Shown: positions 18,940-29,386, counted from the first letter of the stretch. The stretch is 64,000 nt of DNA from an uncultured virus (IMG/VR IMGVR_UViG_3300001605_000024) (IMGVR_UViG_3300001605_000024:1-64000); one strand, 5' to 3'. Notes: a model not told the origin generated them from the sequence alone. Numbers and translations are program-made.

Positions 18940-19552
18940 GCAACTACTTATAGAAACCTACCCCATTACAATATCTTCCTCCCTACTAACTGAAAATGTT
19001 GGTGGGGTAGGAAAACCTTTAATAGTGGAAGGTATATTAGCCACCGCCGAAATTAAAAACGGTAATGGTAGATACTATGCCCGAGATTTATGGGAAAGAG
19101 AAATGGCTAAATATACTGATACTATTAAACAAAGAAGAGCAATGGGTGAGTTAGATCACCCTGAATCTCAAGTTATTAACTTAAAAAATGTTTCCCACCT
19201 AATAACGGAATATAGATGGGATGGGGATAATATAATAGGTAAAATTGAAGTACTTCCTACCCCCTCAGGCCAAATATTAGAGGCCTTAATTAGAAGAAAT
19301 GTAACCTTAGGTGTATCTTCTCGAGGTATGGGTTCATTAGAACAAAGAGGTAATGTAATGGAAGTACAAGATGATTTCGAGTTACTAACCTTTGATTTTG
19401 TATCAACCCCATCTAATCCTGGTTCTTACATGTATCCAATTCGTGAAAATTTAAATGAAGGATTAAAACATTCTGACTATCGTGACTATTCTAAGGTAAA
19501 TAATATTATCTATGAAATATTATGTTCTAAAGGTAGTTGTCCTATTTTTTGA
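18932..19552 (+). CDS. Prohead protease (T4 gp21-like)
   Basis: NGNGRYY, GELDHP, NVSH, GVSSRGMGS, DFVSTPS. Confidence 0.95.
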   Translation: MSKQLLIETYPITISSSLLTENVGGVGKPLIVEGILATAEIKNGNGRYYARDLWEREMAKYTDTIKQRRAMGELDHPESQVINLKNVSHLITEYRWDGDNIIGKIEVLPTPSGQILEALIRRNVTLGVSSRGMGSLEQRGNVMEVQDDFELLTFDFVSTPSNPGSYMYPIRENLNEGLKHSDYRDYSKVNNIIYEILCSKGSCPIF

Positions 19553-19602
19553 TCCAACGTAACTATTCAAAATCTTTAGCATATTTATAATAAAATATAG
19601 AT

Positions 19603-20277
19603 ATGCTAAAATTTTGCCCCACATGCCATCAAGATAAAAATATAATAGATTTTAATCAAAATAAAACACGTAAAGATGGTTTGCAACGGCAATGTCGAAA
19701 ATGTGATCATAATTCCCATAATACCCATTATATTACTAAAAAATCTCCACGTTTAAAAGAAAATTTACAAGAAGGACATAAAATATGTACTATTTGTAAA
19801 TTAGAATTATCTTTAGACAAATTTAAACCTGGTAAAGGAAGATTTGGAGTAAGTTCAAACTGTAAAATATGCTTTAACATAAAATGGAATCAATATCAAA
19901 AACACACAGGACAAAATAAAAAACATAATAAACTAAAGCGTCAAACTGATGTACAATGGAAATTAAAAGCTGTTCTTAGAGGTAGATATTTAGATGCTCT
20001 TAAACGTCATACCTCTGGAGGTAAAGTAAATAAATATCATTCCGCTATTCAATTATTAGGCTGTAATATTGAATTTTATAAACAATATCTAGAACAACAA
20101 TTTAAACCTGATATGACCTGGAAAAATCATGGGACTTTATGGGAAATAGATCATATCAAACCCTGCGCTTTATTTGATTTAACCAACATAAATCAACAAC
20201 AAGAATGTTTCCATTATTCTAATACACAACCTCTATATTACTCAGATAATAGAAGTAAGGGATGTAAATACGTATAA
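19603..20277 (+). CDS. Free-standing HNH homing endonuclease with CxxC repeats
   Basis: CPTC, CRKC, CTIC, CKIC; WEIDHIKPC...HYSNTQPL...NRSKG. Confidence 0.85.
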   Translation: MLKFCPTCHQDKNIIDFNQNKTRKDGLQRQCRKCDHNSHNTHYITKKSPRLKENLQEGHKICTICKLELSLDKFKPGKGRFGVSSNCKICFNIKWNQYQKHTGQNKKHNKLKRQTDVQWKLKAVLRGRYLDALKRHTSGGKVNKYHSAIQLLGCNIEFYKQYLEQQFKPDMTWKNHGTLWEIDHIKPCALFDLTNINQQQECFHYSNTQPLYYSDNRSKGCKYV

Positions 20278-20330
20278 GTATAAAGAAATTTTGATACTTT
20301 CCTAACGGACGCTACCGAAGGATGTGCCCC

Positions 20331-20376
20331 TCCTAGAATAGTTTTCTAGGACTTAAGCCCTCTCTGGAGGGCTTTT
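20331..20376 (+). terminator. Two hairpins, the second terminator-like
   Basis: TCCTAGAA/TTCTAGGA, and AAGCCCTC-TCTG-GAGGGCTT-TT. Confidence 0.65.
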
Positions 20377-20509
20377 CGCATTTTGAAACTTCCCCACATA
20401 TGTATCATTGATCAATATGCTATCCCCGCTATATAGCATTTAATTTTTATAATAATTTATTACGTTACTATTTAATAAACGTATTTCACTAAACAAAATT
20501 TTAGGACAA

Positions 20510-21541
20510 ATGACAAACAGAGACTTGCTTAAAGAAGCAATTGCTGATGCTAAAGCTGTGAAAGAAACTGCTATCGCTAATGCCAAAGCTGCTTTAGAAG
20601 AAGCATTTACTCCACATCTAAAATCGATGTTGGCCGCTAAATTAGAAGAATTAGACAAAGACGAAGACGTTGAAGAAGCTATGTATTCTAAAGAAGAAGA
20701 AGACATGATGGAAGGATTTGAAGTAAATGAGGAAAAGGATGAAATCGAAGAAGAATTCGATCTAAATGAAATCCTTGCGGAACTTGAAGAAGGTGAAGAC
20801 AACGAAGAAATGTCTGAAGAAATTGAAGTATCTGAAGAAGAAACTATGGCTGAAGCTGATGAAGAAGCCGGTGAAATGGAAGATGAAGAAATTGATTTAG
20901 AAGATATGTCTGAAGATGATCTTAAATCTTTTATCGAGGATGTAATCGCGGACATGGTATCTTCAGGTGAATTAGAAGCTGGAGAAGAATTTGAATCCGA
21001 AATGGGTGGAGAAGAAATGGAAGCTGAAGAAGAAATGGGTGATATGGAAGAATTAGAAGAAATGGATGAAGTAAGTTGGAATGAAAAAACCAACCCAACA
21101 AGAGGAGCTACTATGGGAGAAAAAGATCCTAAAAAAGTAGGCCAAACTACTTCTTCTTACGCTATTAATGAGGATGAATTTAAAAATGCATTAACACAAA
21201 TTAAGGAACTTAAAAAAGAACTTTATGAAGTTAATCTTTTAAATGCAAGACTTCTTTATACTAATAAAATCTTCAAATCCAAAAATCTCAACGAAGAACA
21301 AAAAGTTAAAGTATTAAAAGCTTTTGACAAAGTAACAAGTGTAAAAGAAGCTAAATTAGTATTTGAGACTTTAAATGAGGGTATGGTAGCTAGATCTATT
21401 AAAACCCCATCGGTAAATACAATTAAAGGAAGTGCTTCTAAAGCTATGGGTGTTATTAAAGAAAATATACAACCTATTGTAGAAGTAGATCCAATGGTAG
21501 CTAGATGGCAAAAACTAGCAGGTATTAATAAAGAAATTTAA
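20510..21541 (+). CDS. Prohead scaffold protein (T4 gp22-like)
   Basis: Extremely acidic and coiled-coil; directly upstream of the major capsid gene; ends ARWQKLAGINKEI. Confidence 0.85.
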   Translation: MTNRDLLKEAIADAKAVKETAIANAKAALEEAFTPHLKSMLAAKLEELDKDEDVEEAMYSKEEEDMMEGFEVNEEKDEIEEEFDLNEILAELEEGEDNEEMSEEIEVSEEETMAEADEEAGEMEDEEIDLEDMSEDDLKSFIEDVIADMVSSGELEAGEEFESEMGGEEMEAEEEMGDMEELEEMDEVSWNEKTNPTRGATMGEKDPKKVGQTTSSYAINEDEFKNALTQIKELKKELYEVNLLNARLLYTNKIFKSKNLNEEQKVKVLKAFDKVTSVKEAKLVFETLNEGMVARSIKTPSVNTIKGSASKAMGVIKENIQPIVEVDPMVARWQKLAGINKEI

Positions 21542-21569
21542 CAATAATTAAAAACAACAATCGACAAAC

Positions 21570-23198
21570 ATGAGTTTACAATCTCTTTTAGAAAGCGCAA
21601 ACCCATACCACTCTTTACAGAGTGATGCCGCTAGATTAGCTAGCAAATGGGAAAAAACAGGATTGCTAGAAGGTTTGAAGGGTACGCATAAAAACAATAT
21701 GAGTATAATCCTTGAAAGCCAAGCTAAGCAATTAGTAGTAGAAGCATCTCAAACAGGTGGAGGTACTGCTTCAACAGGTACATTCACAGCTGGAGTAGGT
21801 GAACAATGGGNAGGAGTAGCTCTTCCATTAGTAAGAAAAGTATTTGGTCAAATTGCAGCGAAAGAATTCGTTTCAGTTCAACCAATGAATTTACCTTCTG
21901 GTCTAGTATTCTATCTTGACTTCCAGTACGGTAATGATAAGGCTCCATTTGCTGCTGGTAGTTCTTTATACGGAGCTGAAGGTGGAAATGCTCCATTTGG
22001 TAACACTAATTCTGGTGGTTTTTATGGTGCTGGAAGATTTGGATATTCTATAAACAATACTTCTTCAGCTGTAACTGCTACTCAAGCTACTGCCTCTTGG
22101 TCAGACTTGAATTTTGACTCTGACTTCTCTGCTTCTGCAGTTGCAGGTGAGTACAAAGTAGTAACTGTAGACTTGTCTGGTAAAAATGCTGACTTGGCTG
22201 GTGCTAGAGGATTTATCCTATCTGGTTCTAACTTGACAGTTGATGAAAACTTGCCTCAATTTACTTCTGTAAGTGGTAATAGTGTATCTTTTGTAATTAG
22301 CTCTTCTGATGCAACTTCTCAAGCTGCTACTGGAGTAGCCTATACTTTGGCTTTCCAATTACAGCCAACTGATAAAAACAGAGGTGATTTTGAAGATGGA
22401 AACACTGCTCTAAACAGCAATAACAACCCAATTTCAATCCCTGAAATCAACGTACAGATGAAATCATCTGCTATTGTTGCTAAAACAAGAAAATTGAAAG
22501 CAGTATGGACTCCTGAGTTTGCTCAAGATCTTAATGCTTATCATGCTCTTGATGCTGAGGCTGAATTAACTTCTATCCTTTCTGAGTATATTTCTCTTGA
22601 AATTGACCTAGAAATTCTAGACATGTTGATGGATGCTGCTTCTGCAGGTACTGAAGTATGGTCAGCAGTTAACAATAGATCTGTTGTTGACAATGGAGCT
22701 AATGGAGTAATTTCTGATCTTGGATTCTACAATAGTCAAGGACAGTGGTTCCAGACTCTTGGAACTAAAATCCAAAAATTAAGTAATATCATTCACCAGA
22801 AAACTCTTAGAGGTGGTGCAAATTTCATGGTATTATCTCCAACTGTTTCTACAATCATCGAATCAATCCCAGGATTTGCTGGTGATGTTGATGGTGATGT
22901 TGAAAAATCAACTTATGCTTTCGGAGTTCAGAAAGTTGGTGCTTTAGGTGGTGGTAAGATTAAGGTTTACAAAAACCCTTACATGTTAGAAAACCAAATT
23001 TTGTTAGGATTTAGAGGAACTCAATTCCTTGAGTCTGGTGCTGTATTTGCTCCATACATTCCTTTAATCATGACTCCATTAGTATACGATCCAGATACCT
23101 TTACTCCAAGAAAAGGTCTATTGACTCGTTACGCTAAGAAAATCGTAAGACCTGAGTTTTATGGTATTATTAAAGTTGAAGGATTAAATACCCTTTAA
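21570..23198 (+). CDS. Major capsid protein (T4 gp23-like)
   Basis: VSVQPMNLPSGLVFYL, AKTRKLKAVWTPEFAQDLNAYH, FAPYIPL, PRKGLLTRYA; one ambiguous base at 21811. Confidence 0.97.
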   Translation: MSLQSLLESANPYHSLQSDAARLASKWEKTGLLEGLKGTHKNNMSIILESQAKQLVVEASQTGGGTASTGTFTAGVGEQWXGVALPLVRKVFGQIAAKEFVSVQPMNLPSGLVFYLDFQYGNDKAPFAAGSSLYGAEGGNAPFGNTNSGGFYGAGRFGYSINNTSSAVTATQATASWSDLNFDSDFSASAVAGEYKVVTVDLSGKNADLAGARGFILSGSNLTVDENLPQFTSVSGNSVSFVISSSDATSQAATGVAYTLAFQLQPTDKNRGDFEDGNTALNSNNNPISIPEINVQMKSSAIVAKTRKLKAVWTPEFAQDLNAYHALDAEAELTSILSEYISLEIDLEILDMLMDAASAGTEVWSAVNNRSVVDNGANGVISDLGFYNSQGQWFQTLGTKIQKLSNIIHQKTLRGGANFMVLSPTVSTIIESIPGFAGDVDGDVEKSTYAFGVQKVGALGGGKIKVYKNPYMLENQILLGFRGTQFLESGAVFAPYIPLIMTPLVYDPDTFTPRKGLLTRYAKKIVRPEFYGIIKVEGLNTL

Positions 23199-23221
23199 TA
23201 TTTAATTAAATAAATTTAATT

Positions 23222-23263
23222 AGGCCCAATCCTTTGGATTGGGTCTTTTTTATTTTATATTTA
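23222..23263 (+). terminator. Terminator after the capsid gene with an embedded promoter
   Basis: AGGCCCAATCC-TTT-GGATTGGGTCT plus T-run; TTTG 23233-N19-TATATTTA 23256. Confidence 0.8.
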
Positions 23264-23287
23264 TGACTGAACCTAAAAGTTATCTAT

Positions 23288-23974
23288 ATGACATCCAACC
23301 ATCACAATGATGAGGTATTTACTCAAAAGCGTAAACCTAAATCTCCCATTAAATTTAACTTACAATTAAATGAAGAACAAAAACACGCTAAGGCTTTAAT
23401 TTTAAGTAATCCCATTACCTTAATAAAAGGAATGGCAGGCAGTGGTAAGACATTAGTAGCAGTTCAGTGTGCTCTTGATATGTTTTTTACGAAACAAGTC
23501 GAGAAAATTGTTATTACACGCCCCACTGTATCAAAAGAAGATATCGGGTTCTTACCGGGCGATATACGTGAAAAAATGGATCCATGGTTGGCACCGATAT
23601 ACCATAATTTATATACTCTATATTCTAAAGAGAAAATAGATAAACATATAGAAATGGGAGATATTGAGATTGTACCTTTTGCCTTTATGAGAGGTCGTAC
23701 TTTTGTAAATTCCTTTGTTATTGTAGATGAAGCTCAAAACGTAACCCATACTCAAATGGAAGCGGTAATAGGACGTTTAGGCAAACATTCTACAATGGTA
23801 GTATGTGGAGATATAGCCCAAATAGATCTTAAAGATAAAAAAGAATCTGGTCTTACTTTCTTATATAGAGTTGAAGAACAAGTTAAAGGATTTAAGATAG
23901 TTACTCTAGAACAAAATCACAGACATGAAATTGTAGCACCTATATTAGAGGTATATAGGACCTTTAGAGATTAA
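23288..23974 (+). CDS. phoH: PhoH family ATPase
   Basis: GMAGSGKT, ITRP, GFLPGD..EKM.PW, FMRGRTF, DEAQN, RLGK, GD..Q.D. Confidence 0.95.
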   Translation: MTSNHHNDEVFTQKRKPKSPIKFNLQLNEEQKHAKALILSNPITLIKGMAGSGKTLVAVQCALDMFFTKQVEKIVITRPTVSKEDIGFLPGDIREKMDPWLAPIYHNLYTLYSKEKIDKHIEMGDIEIVPFAFMRGRTFVNSFVIVDEAQNVTHTQMEAVIGRLGKHSTMVVCGDIAQIDLKDKKESGLTFLYRVEEQVKGFKIVTLEQNHRHEIVAPILEVYRTFRD

Positions 23975-24000
23975 TATTTATAATAAAATACAAGTAACCC

Positions 24001-25143
24001 ATGAATATTCCTATTTATCCCGGTTCTAGTAATTTTCAACCTGGATCTACTCCATTTGGATTTTATGATGATGATCCTCAATTTCAAGCAGATGCGGATA
24101 AAGTAGCTAGTTTTTGTGCTAGAAGGTTAGGGTATCCTTTAGTAGATATAGAATTACAAGATATAAACTTCTATACAGCTTTTGAAGAAGCAATTACTGT
24201 ATATGGTAATGAATTATATGCCTACCAAATAAGAGACAATCAACTTTCTCTAATAGGTGCTCCTGTATCTCAAAGTTTAAATAATAGTATCATTACTCCT
24301 AGTTTTGAACCTATTATTAGACTAACAGAGCAATACGGGGCAGAAGCAGGATCAGGAGGAAATATAACTTATTACAAAGGATCTATCCCATTAACTGAGT
24401 CAATACAAAATTATGATTTAAAACAGTGGGCAATTGAACAAGGTATAACTGGATCTATAGAAATAAAACGAGTATTCTATGAACCACCTCCCGCTATTGT
24501 AAGATATTTTGATCCTTATTCTGGTACGGGTTATGGATATCAATCATTATTTGATAGTTTTGGGTTTGGCTCATACTCCCCTGCTATTAATTTCTTGATG
24601 ATGCCTCTAAATTATGATTTACAGACATTACAAGCAATTGAATTAAATGATACTGTTCGTAGATCCAACTATAGTTTTGAAATCCGAAACAATAATTTAC
24701 GTATATTTCCTATACCTAATAACTCTACATCTAATATATTCTTTGAATACATTAAACGAGATGAAAGAATAGCTAGTAGTATAAATACAGATGCTTCTAA
24801 AATAAACAATGTATCAAATGCTCCTTATGATAATCCTACTTATTCGCAAATTAATAGTGTAGGCCGTCAATGGATATTTGAATATACTCTAGCTACTTCC
24901 AAAGAAATATTAGGTCTAATTCGAGGAAAATACAGTCAAATACCTATACCTAATTCTGAAGTAACACTTAACCAACAAGATTTACTAACCCAGGCTGCAA
25001 ACGATAAAACTCGATTAATTGAAAAATTAAGAACATATTTTGATGAAACTTCTCGTAAATCCTTACTTGAGAGACGAAAAGATGAATTAGACTACAAACA
25101 ACAAGAAATTATAGCTGTTCCTATGAGTATATATGTGGGTTAA
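24001..25143 (+). CDS. Neck/head-tail adaptor (T4 gp13-like)
   Basis: RRLGYPLVDIEL, WIFEYTLA..KEILG..RGKY..IP; synteny. Confidence 0.75.
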   Translation: MNIPIYPGSSNFQPGSTPFGFYDDDPQFQADADKVASFCARRLGYPLVDIELQDINFYTAFEEAITVYGNELYAYQIRDNQLSLIGAPVSQSLNNSIITPSFEPIIRLTEQYGAEAGSGGNITYYKGSIPLTESIQNYDLKQWAIEQGITGSIEIKRVFYEPPPAIVRYFDPYSGTGYGYQSLFDSFGFGSYSPAINFLMMPLNYDLQTLQAIELNDTVRRSNYSFEIRNNNLRIFPIPNNSTSNIFFEYIKRDERIASSINTDASKINNVSNAPYDNPTYSQINSVGRQWIFEYTLATSKEILGLIRGKYSQIPIPNSEVTLNQQDLLTQAANDKTRLIEKLRTYFDETSRKSLLERRKDELDYKQQEIIAVPMSIYVG

Positions 25144-25165
25144 GATAATAATTAAATAAAATAAT

Positions 25166-25696
25166 ATGGCTCTTTTTGGTGGCTCTCGTGATGTGAGTTT
25201 AGTAAGACATTTAAATCGTGAACTATTAGGTAATATAATCACCCAACAGGCGGCTTTCTATAAATTTAAATTAGGAGAAACTAAAGTAAATATATATGGG
25301 GAAGCATCTGGTGGGAAATATTATGATGGTCCCTTTTTATTTAACTGCCTAATTAATCGAGAAGATCAAGAATATACTGAAGATGTTGAAGGGGTAAATT
25401 ATATGCAAGGTATATCATTTGCTTTTTTTAAAGACGATTTAATAGAAGCACAAATTCTTCCTGAAGTAGGGGACATTATATTATATCAAGAAGGATATTA
25501 TGAAGTAGATAGTACAGTATCTAATCAATATTTCTTAGGTAAACATCCATCTTATCCTAATAATAATTCTAATGGAACTCCCAATCCTCTTAATCCAGGA
25601 TTAGAAGATTTTGGTTCAAGTATATCTGTGGTATGTAAAACTCATTATATACCTGCGGATAAAGTTGCTATTTCTCCAAATAAGGAAAGATTCTAA
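25166..25696 (+). CDS. Head closure/neck protein (T4 gp14-like)
   Basis: NIYGE, PEVGDII, YYEVD; synteny. Confidence 0.65.
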   Translation: MALFGGSRDVSLVRHLNRELLGNIITQQAAFYKFKLGETKVNIYGEASGGKYYDGPFLFNCLINREDQEYTEDVEGVNYMQGISFAFFKDDLIEAQILPEVGDIILYQEGYYEVDSTVSNQYFLGKHPSYPNNNSNGTPNPLNPGLEDFGSSISVVCKTHYIPADKVAISPNKERF

Positions 25697-26709
25697 TGGC
25701 TAAATATAAAAAACCAATACCTAAAACTCAACGGGAGTTAAGTACAGGATTACAAAAAGCCACAGATGTGACTAGGGGAAATCCTAATGCTAAATTAAAC
25801 CCTAATGAAAATGAAACCGGTATTGAGTTTAATAGATCTGAAAAACTTAGTTTTAAGGATGACAATACTAAACCTTTTTCTATAGGAATAAAAGACTTAG
25901 ATGAAGCTATATTCTACTATTTTACTAACATAATAAAACCTTCAGTATATCAAAATGGGCAATATTTAAGTGTTCCTGTAATCTATGGGTCTCCTGAAAA
26001 TTGGAAGTCATTCCAAAAAGATGGATATTATAGAGACAAGAATGGTGCTATTATGATGCCTATTATAGCTATAAAACGTGACTCTCTTGAAAAAGATAGA
26101 AGTGTAGCTAATAAACTTGATTCCAATCACCCTCATTTATATGTAAATCATCAAAAGACATATAATCCTAAGAATGCTTATAGTAATTTTGCTGCCTTAA
26201 ATAATAAGATACCAACTAGGCAATTTATAGCCAATGTTGTTCCGGATTATGTAACTTTAACTTACAATTGTACAGTTCAAACTTACTATATGGAGCAACT
26301 AAATAAAATAATTGAAGCTATAGAATACGCCTCTGATTCATATTGGGGAGATCCAAGTAGATATAAATTTAGAGCCTTTATAGATAATTTTACTACTACT
26401 ACAGAATTAGTAACAGGTCAAGACCGGTTTACTAAAGCTACATTTAGTATTAGATTAAGAGGATATATCATACCAGATGTACTGCAAAAAGATTTAAATT
26501 CAATTAAGAAATTTAACTCTAAATCTAAGATAATAATACAAGTAGAAACTACTTCAAACTCTGATATATTTGATCCAAATATTAAAAAACTTAGTGATGG
26601 TAGAACTAGAAAAGATAGAGATATTGAAGGTAGAATTGATAGTATTGGAGAAATAACTCCAGGTAGAGAAACACAATCCCCGGATCCCGGATCAGAACTA
26701 AGATCATAA
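25696..26709 (+). CDS. Tail terminator/sheath stabiliser (T4 gp15-like)
   Basis: VPVIYGSPE.W, MPIIAI; synteny. Confidence 0.65.
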   Translation: MAKYKKPIPKTQRELSTGLQKATDVTRGNPNAKLNPNENETGIEFNRSEKLSFKDDNTKPFSIGIKDLDEAIFYYFTNIIKPSVYQNGQYLSVPVIYGSPENWKSFQKDGYYRDKNGAIMMPIIAIKRDSLEKDRSVANKLDSNHPHLYVNHQKTYNPKNAYSNFAALNNKIPTRQFIANVVPDYVTLTYNCTVQTYYMEQLNKIIEAIEYASDSYWGDPSRYKFRAFIDNFTTTTELVTGQDRFTKATFSIRLRGYIIPDVLQKDLNSIKKFNSKSKIIIQVETTSNSDIFDPNIKKLSDGRTRKDRDIEGRIDSIGEITPGRETQSPDPGSELRS

Positions 26710-26710
26710 G

Positions 26711-28194
26711 ATGTCAGATATTAGATTTATAGATTCCTTAAAAGTAGGTGCTTATATTATAGAAGAAACTTACACTAATATCCGTAATAATGTTGATAAT
26801 TATGTTATTACGGCTACTGGAGATGTTGACACTTTCCAAGGTGAACCTGAATTACAATTTGATTCTGTAAATTTAGCTATAGGAGGTGCTCCTAGTGGAT
26901 TAGCTAGATTAGAAACACAGCTATAGGTAGCTATACACTTTCTTTCAACACTACTGGGTTTAATAATATAGCAGTAGGTTATGCAGCACTTACTACTAAC
27001 ACTACAGGGGGACAGCAAGTAGCAATAGGTAATGAAGCATTAAGAAATTCAGACTTTGCTTCAACATCTGCAAACGCAAACGTAGCCATAGGCTATAGAG
27101 CCTTAAGAGCTAATACAACAGGAACTTGTAATACTGCTTTAGGAACTAGAGCATTAGAGTCAAATATTGGAGGAGCTAGTAATACAGCCGTAGGTAGAGA
27201 TGCACTCCAATTTAACACTAATGGAACTCGTAACACAGCAGTAGGTGATAATGCACTCTCTACTAATACAGCAGGAGGTTATAACACAGCCATAGGTAGA
27301 GATGCACTTCGATTTAACACTACTGGAATACGTAATACCTCAATAGGACTCTCTTCACTCTATGCTAATACTACAGGTGGTCAACAAGTAGCAATAGGAA
27401 TGCAGGCCTTAAGTGCTTCAAACTTCGGTTCAACATCCGCAAACGCAAACGTAGCTGTAGGCTATAGAGCCTTAAGATGTAATCTAAATGGAGATCGTAA
27501 TACGGCTTTAGGCACTAGAGCATTAGAATTAAACACTACTGGAGTTGCTAATACCGCAATAGGATCATTTTCTTTAGTAGCAAACACTACCGGAGCTAAC
27601 AATACCGCTATAGGTAACAATTCAGGTTGTTTAATTACAACCGGAGCTAATAATGTTATATTAGGTTCATTTACAGGAACAGGATTTACTACCTCTAACT
27701 GTAATATTTTCTTATCTGATGGGGCTGGTAATGTAAGAATGTATATTACCGGCACTACCGGCAACGTTAATATAAACACAACAGTTGATCAAGGCTATAA
27801 ATTAGGTGTAGTAGGTAGCATAGGTACTACAGGTACTATTACTGCTGATTCTAATATTAGATCATTTGGTCAAATTGCATCTGATGTTACAGATAGGGGG
27901 AGTAGTGGATCTGGTAGTACTATTACTTGGGATTGGAATGAAGGTAATATCCAAAAGATATTGATGACTGGTAATTGTTTATTCATCTTCACAAATCCTT
28001 TAGCTGGTGCTTCTTATCAAATTATCATTACACAAGATGGGACAGGTGGTAGAACTATTACATGGCCTACCATCCACTGGGAAGGTAAGACAGTGCCGTC
28101 ATTAACAGGAACAGCTAACAGTGTTGATGTAGTTACGTTAACCTATGACGGAGTAAAATATTTAGGAGTTATGTCTAAAAATCACGGAGTATAA
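26711..28194 (+). CDS. Tail fibre with ~14-aa NTAxG beta-roll (YadA-head-like) repeats, split by a frame change near 26911
   Basis: N-terminal part is 26711-26926; the -1 frame is open 26908-28194 and reads RNTAIGSYTLSFNTTG..., but has no ATG until 27400. Confidence 0.7.
27001..27520 (+). repeat. Internal duplication in the fibre gene (units start 27001 and 27370) on top of 42-nt periodic repeats
   Basis: Both units encode TTGGQQVAIG..AL..S.F.STSANANVA.GYRALR.N..G..NTALGTRALE. Confidence 0.85.
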
Positions 28195-28196
28195 TT

Positions 28197-28907
28197 ATGA
28201 TACCATTTAGTTTTTGGGGTGGAGTTAATATAATAAAAGAAAATCTAATCCTTCATTGGGATGCTGGTAATCCTGCATCATATAATGGTACAGGTACTAC
28301 AATTGAAGATTTAACTGCTAGTGATTATGATGGTACTTTAGTCAATGGAGTTGGATATAGTAGTTCAAATGGTGGTATATTAACATTAGATGGTACTAAT
28401 GATTATATTAATAGATCAAGTTTTCCAAATTTTGGGATAATAAATAGAACAGTAGATATATGGTTTAATATAAATACTTTATCCCCTTCTGGAATTAGAA
28501 GAGTTCTAACATTTCCTGTTGATGATGGTGGTATTGATATACCAGCATTAACAATAGGTTATGGTACTACATCTAATAGTATGGAAGTTGGATTTGGTTC
28601 TGGTGGCGGTTCAGGTTATATTTTAGGTATTTCCTTTTCTACTAGTGTATGGATGAATATAGTATCAGTAATTAATGCTTCTACAGGTGATATAAGCGTT
28701 TATATTAATAATTCATTGATTGGTACTGGTAATTATACTGATGGTGGAATAACTACAAGTCCACCTTTAAATGTTGGTAGATATAATGCAAATTATGGAC
28801 AGTTTGGAGACTTTAGTTTTGGTAATTTGAAGATATATAATAGATTATTAAATTCAACAGAAGTAACACAGAATTTTAATGCAATAAAATCGAGATACGG
28901 ATTATGA
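28197..28907 (+). CDS. LamG/concanavalin-A-like lectin domain protein (fibre-associated)
   Basis: LILHWDAGN..SY.GTG, LDGTNDY, WMNIVSV, LKIYNR.L...EV.QNF. Confidence 0.8.
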   Translation: MIPFSFWGGVNIIKENLILHWDAGNPASYNGTGTTIEDLTASDYDGTLVNGVGYSSSNGGILTLDGTNDYINRSSFPNFGIINRTVDIWFNINTLSPSGIRRVLTFPVDDGGIDIPALTIGYGTTSNSMEVGFGSGGGSGYILGISFSTSVWMNIVSVINASTGDISVYINNSLIGTGNYTDGGITTSPPLNVGRYNANYGQFGDFSFGNLKIYNRLLNSTEVTQNFNAIKSRYGL

Positions 28908-29377
28908 GATATTTAAGAATAATAAACAATCAAATAATTTACCCATATAATTTAAATTCATTAAAGACTGAATTTAAAAACACATCTTTTCCTGAAAAAA
29001 TAGAAAATACAAACTTAGAAGAATATAGTATTTATCTAGTTAATGAGATTATAAAACCTTCTGATGAAAATTTTACTAAAATAATAAATGAATCCACACC
29101 AATATTAACTAATGGTAAATATTATCAAAATTGGATAGTTGAAGATGCCCCAATTGAATATACTGAAAGTATGATTCAAAATAAAATAGATAATAAATGG
29201 AATCAAATTAGATCTATAAGAAATCAATATCTATCTGACTGCGATTGGACTCAACTTTCTGATTCTCCTCTAACAACTGAACAAAAAACTGATTGGGCTG
29301 AATACAGACAAGAATTAAGAGATGTAACTTTACAAGAAGATCCTTTTAATATTGTATGGCCAATTAAACCCTCTTAA
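28904..29377 (+). CDS. Tail fibre assembly chaperone-like protein
   Basis: IR..RN..L..CDWTQL.DSP...W..YRQ.LRD...Q....I.WP.KP. Confidence 0.8.
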   Translation: MRYLRIINNQIIYPYNLNSLKTEFKNTSFPEKIENTNLEEYSIYLVNEIIKPSDENFTKIINESTPILTNGKYYQNWIVEDAPIEYTESMIQNKIDNKWNQIRSIRNQYLSDCDWTQLSDSPLTTEQKTDWAEYRQELRDVTLQEDPFNIVWPIKPS

Positions 29378-29386
29378 CAAAAATAG

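Noticed and set aside
20281..20380. tRNA or ribozyme in the GC-richer stretch after the HNH gene
   Set aside because: No cloverleaf, TTCGA arm or recognisable catalytic core; simple hairpins and a terminator explain it.
26924..26971. TAG readthrough or alternative genetic code at the fibre stop
   Set aside because: The same frame hits another TAG about 15 codons later and lacks the repeats; core genes are intact in the standard code and several end in TAG.
27001..27520. Diversity-generating retroelement template/variable repeat pair
   Set aside because: Differences are not confined to adenines, both copies are in-frame coding, and no reverse transcriptase is in the window.
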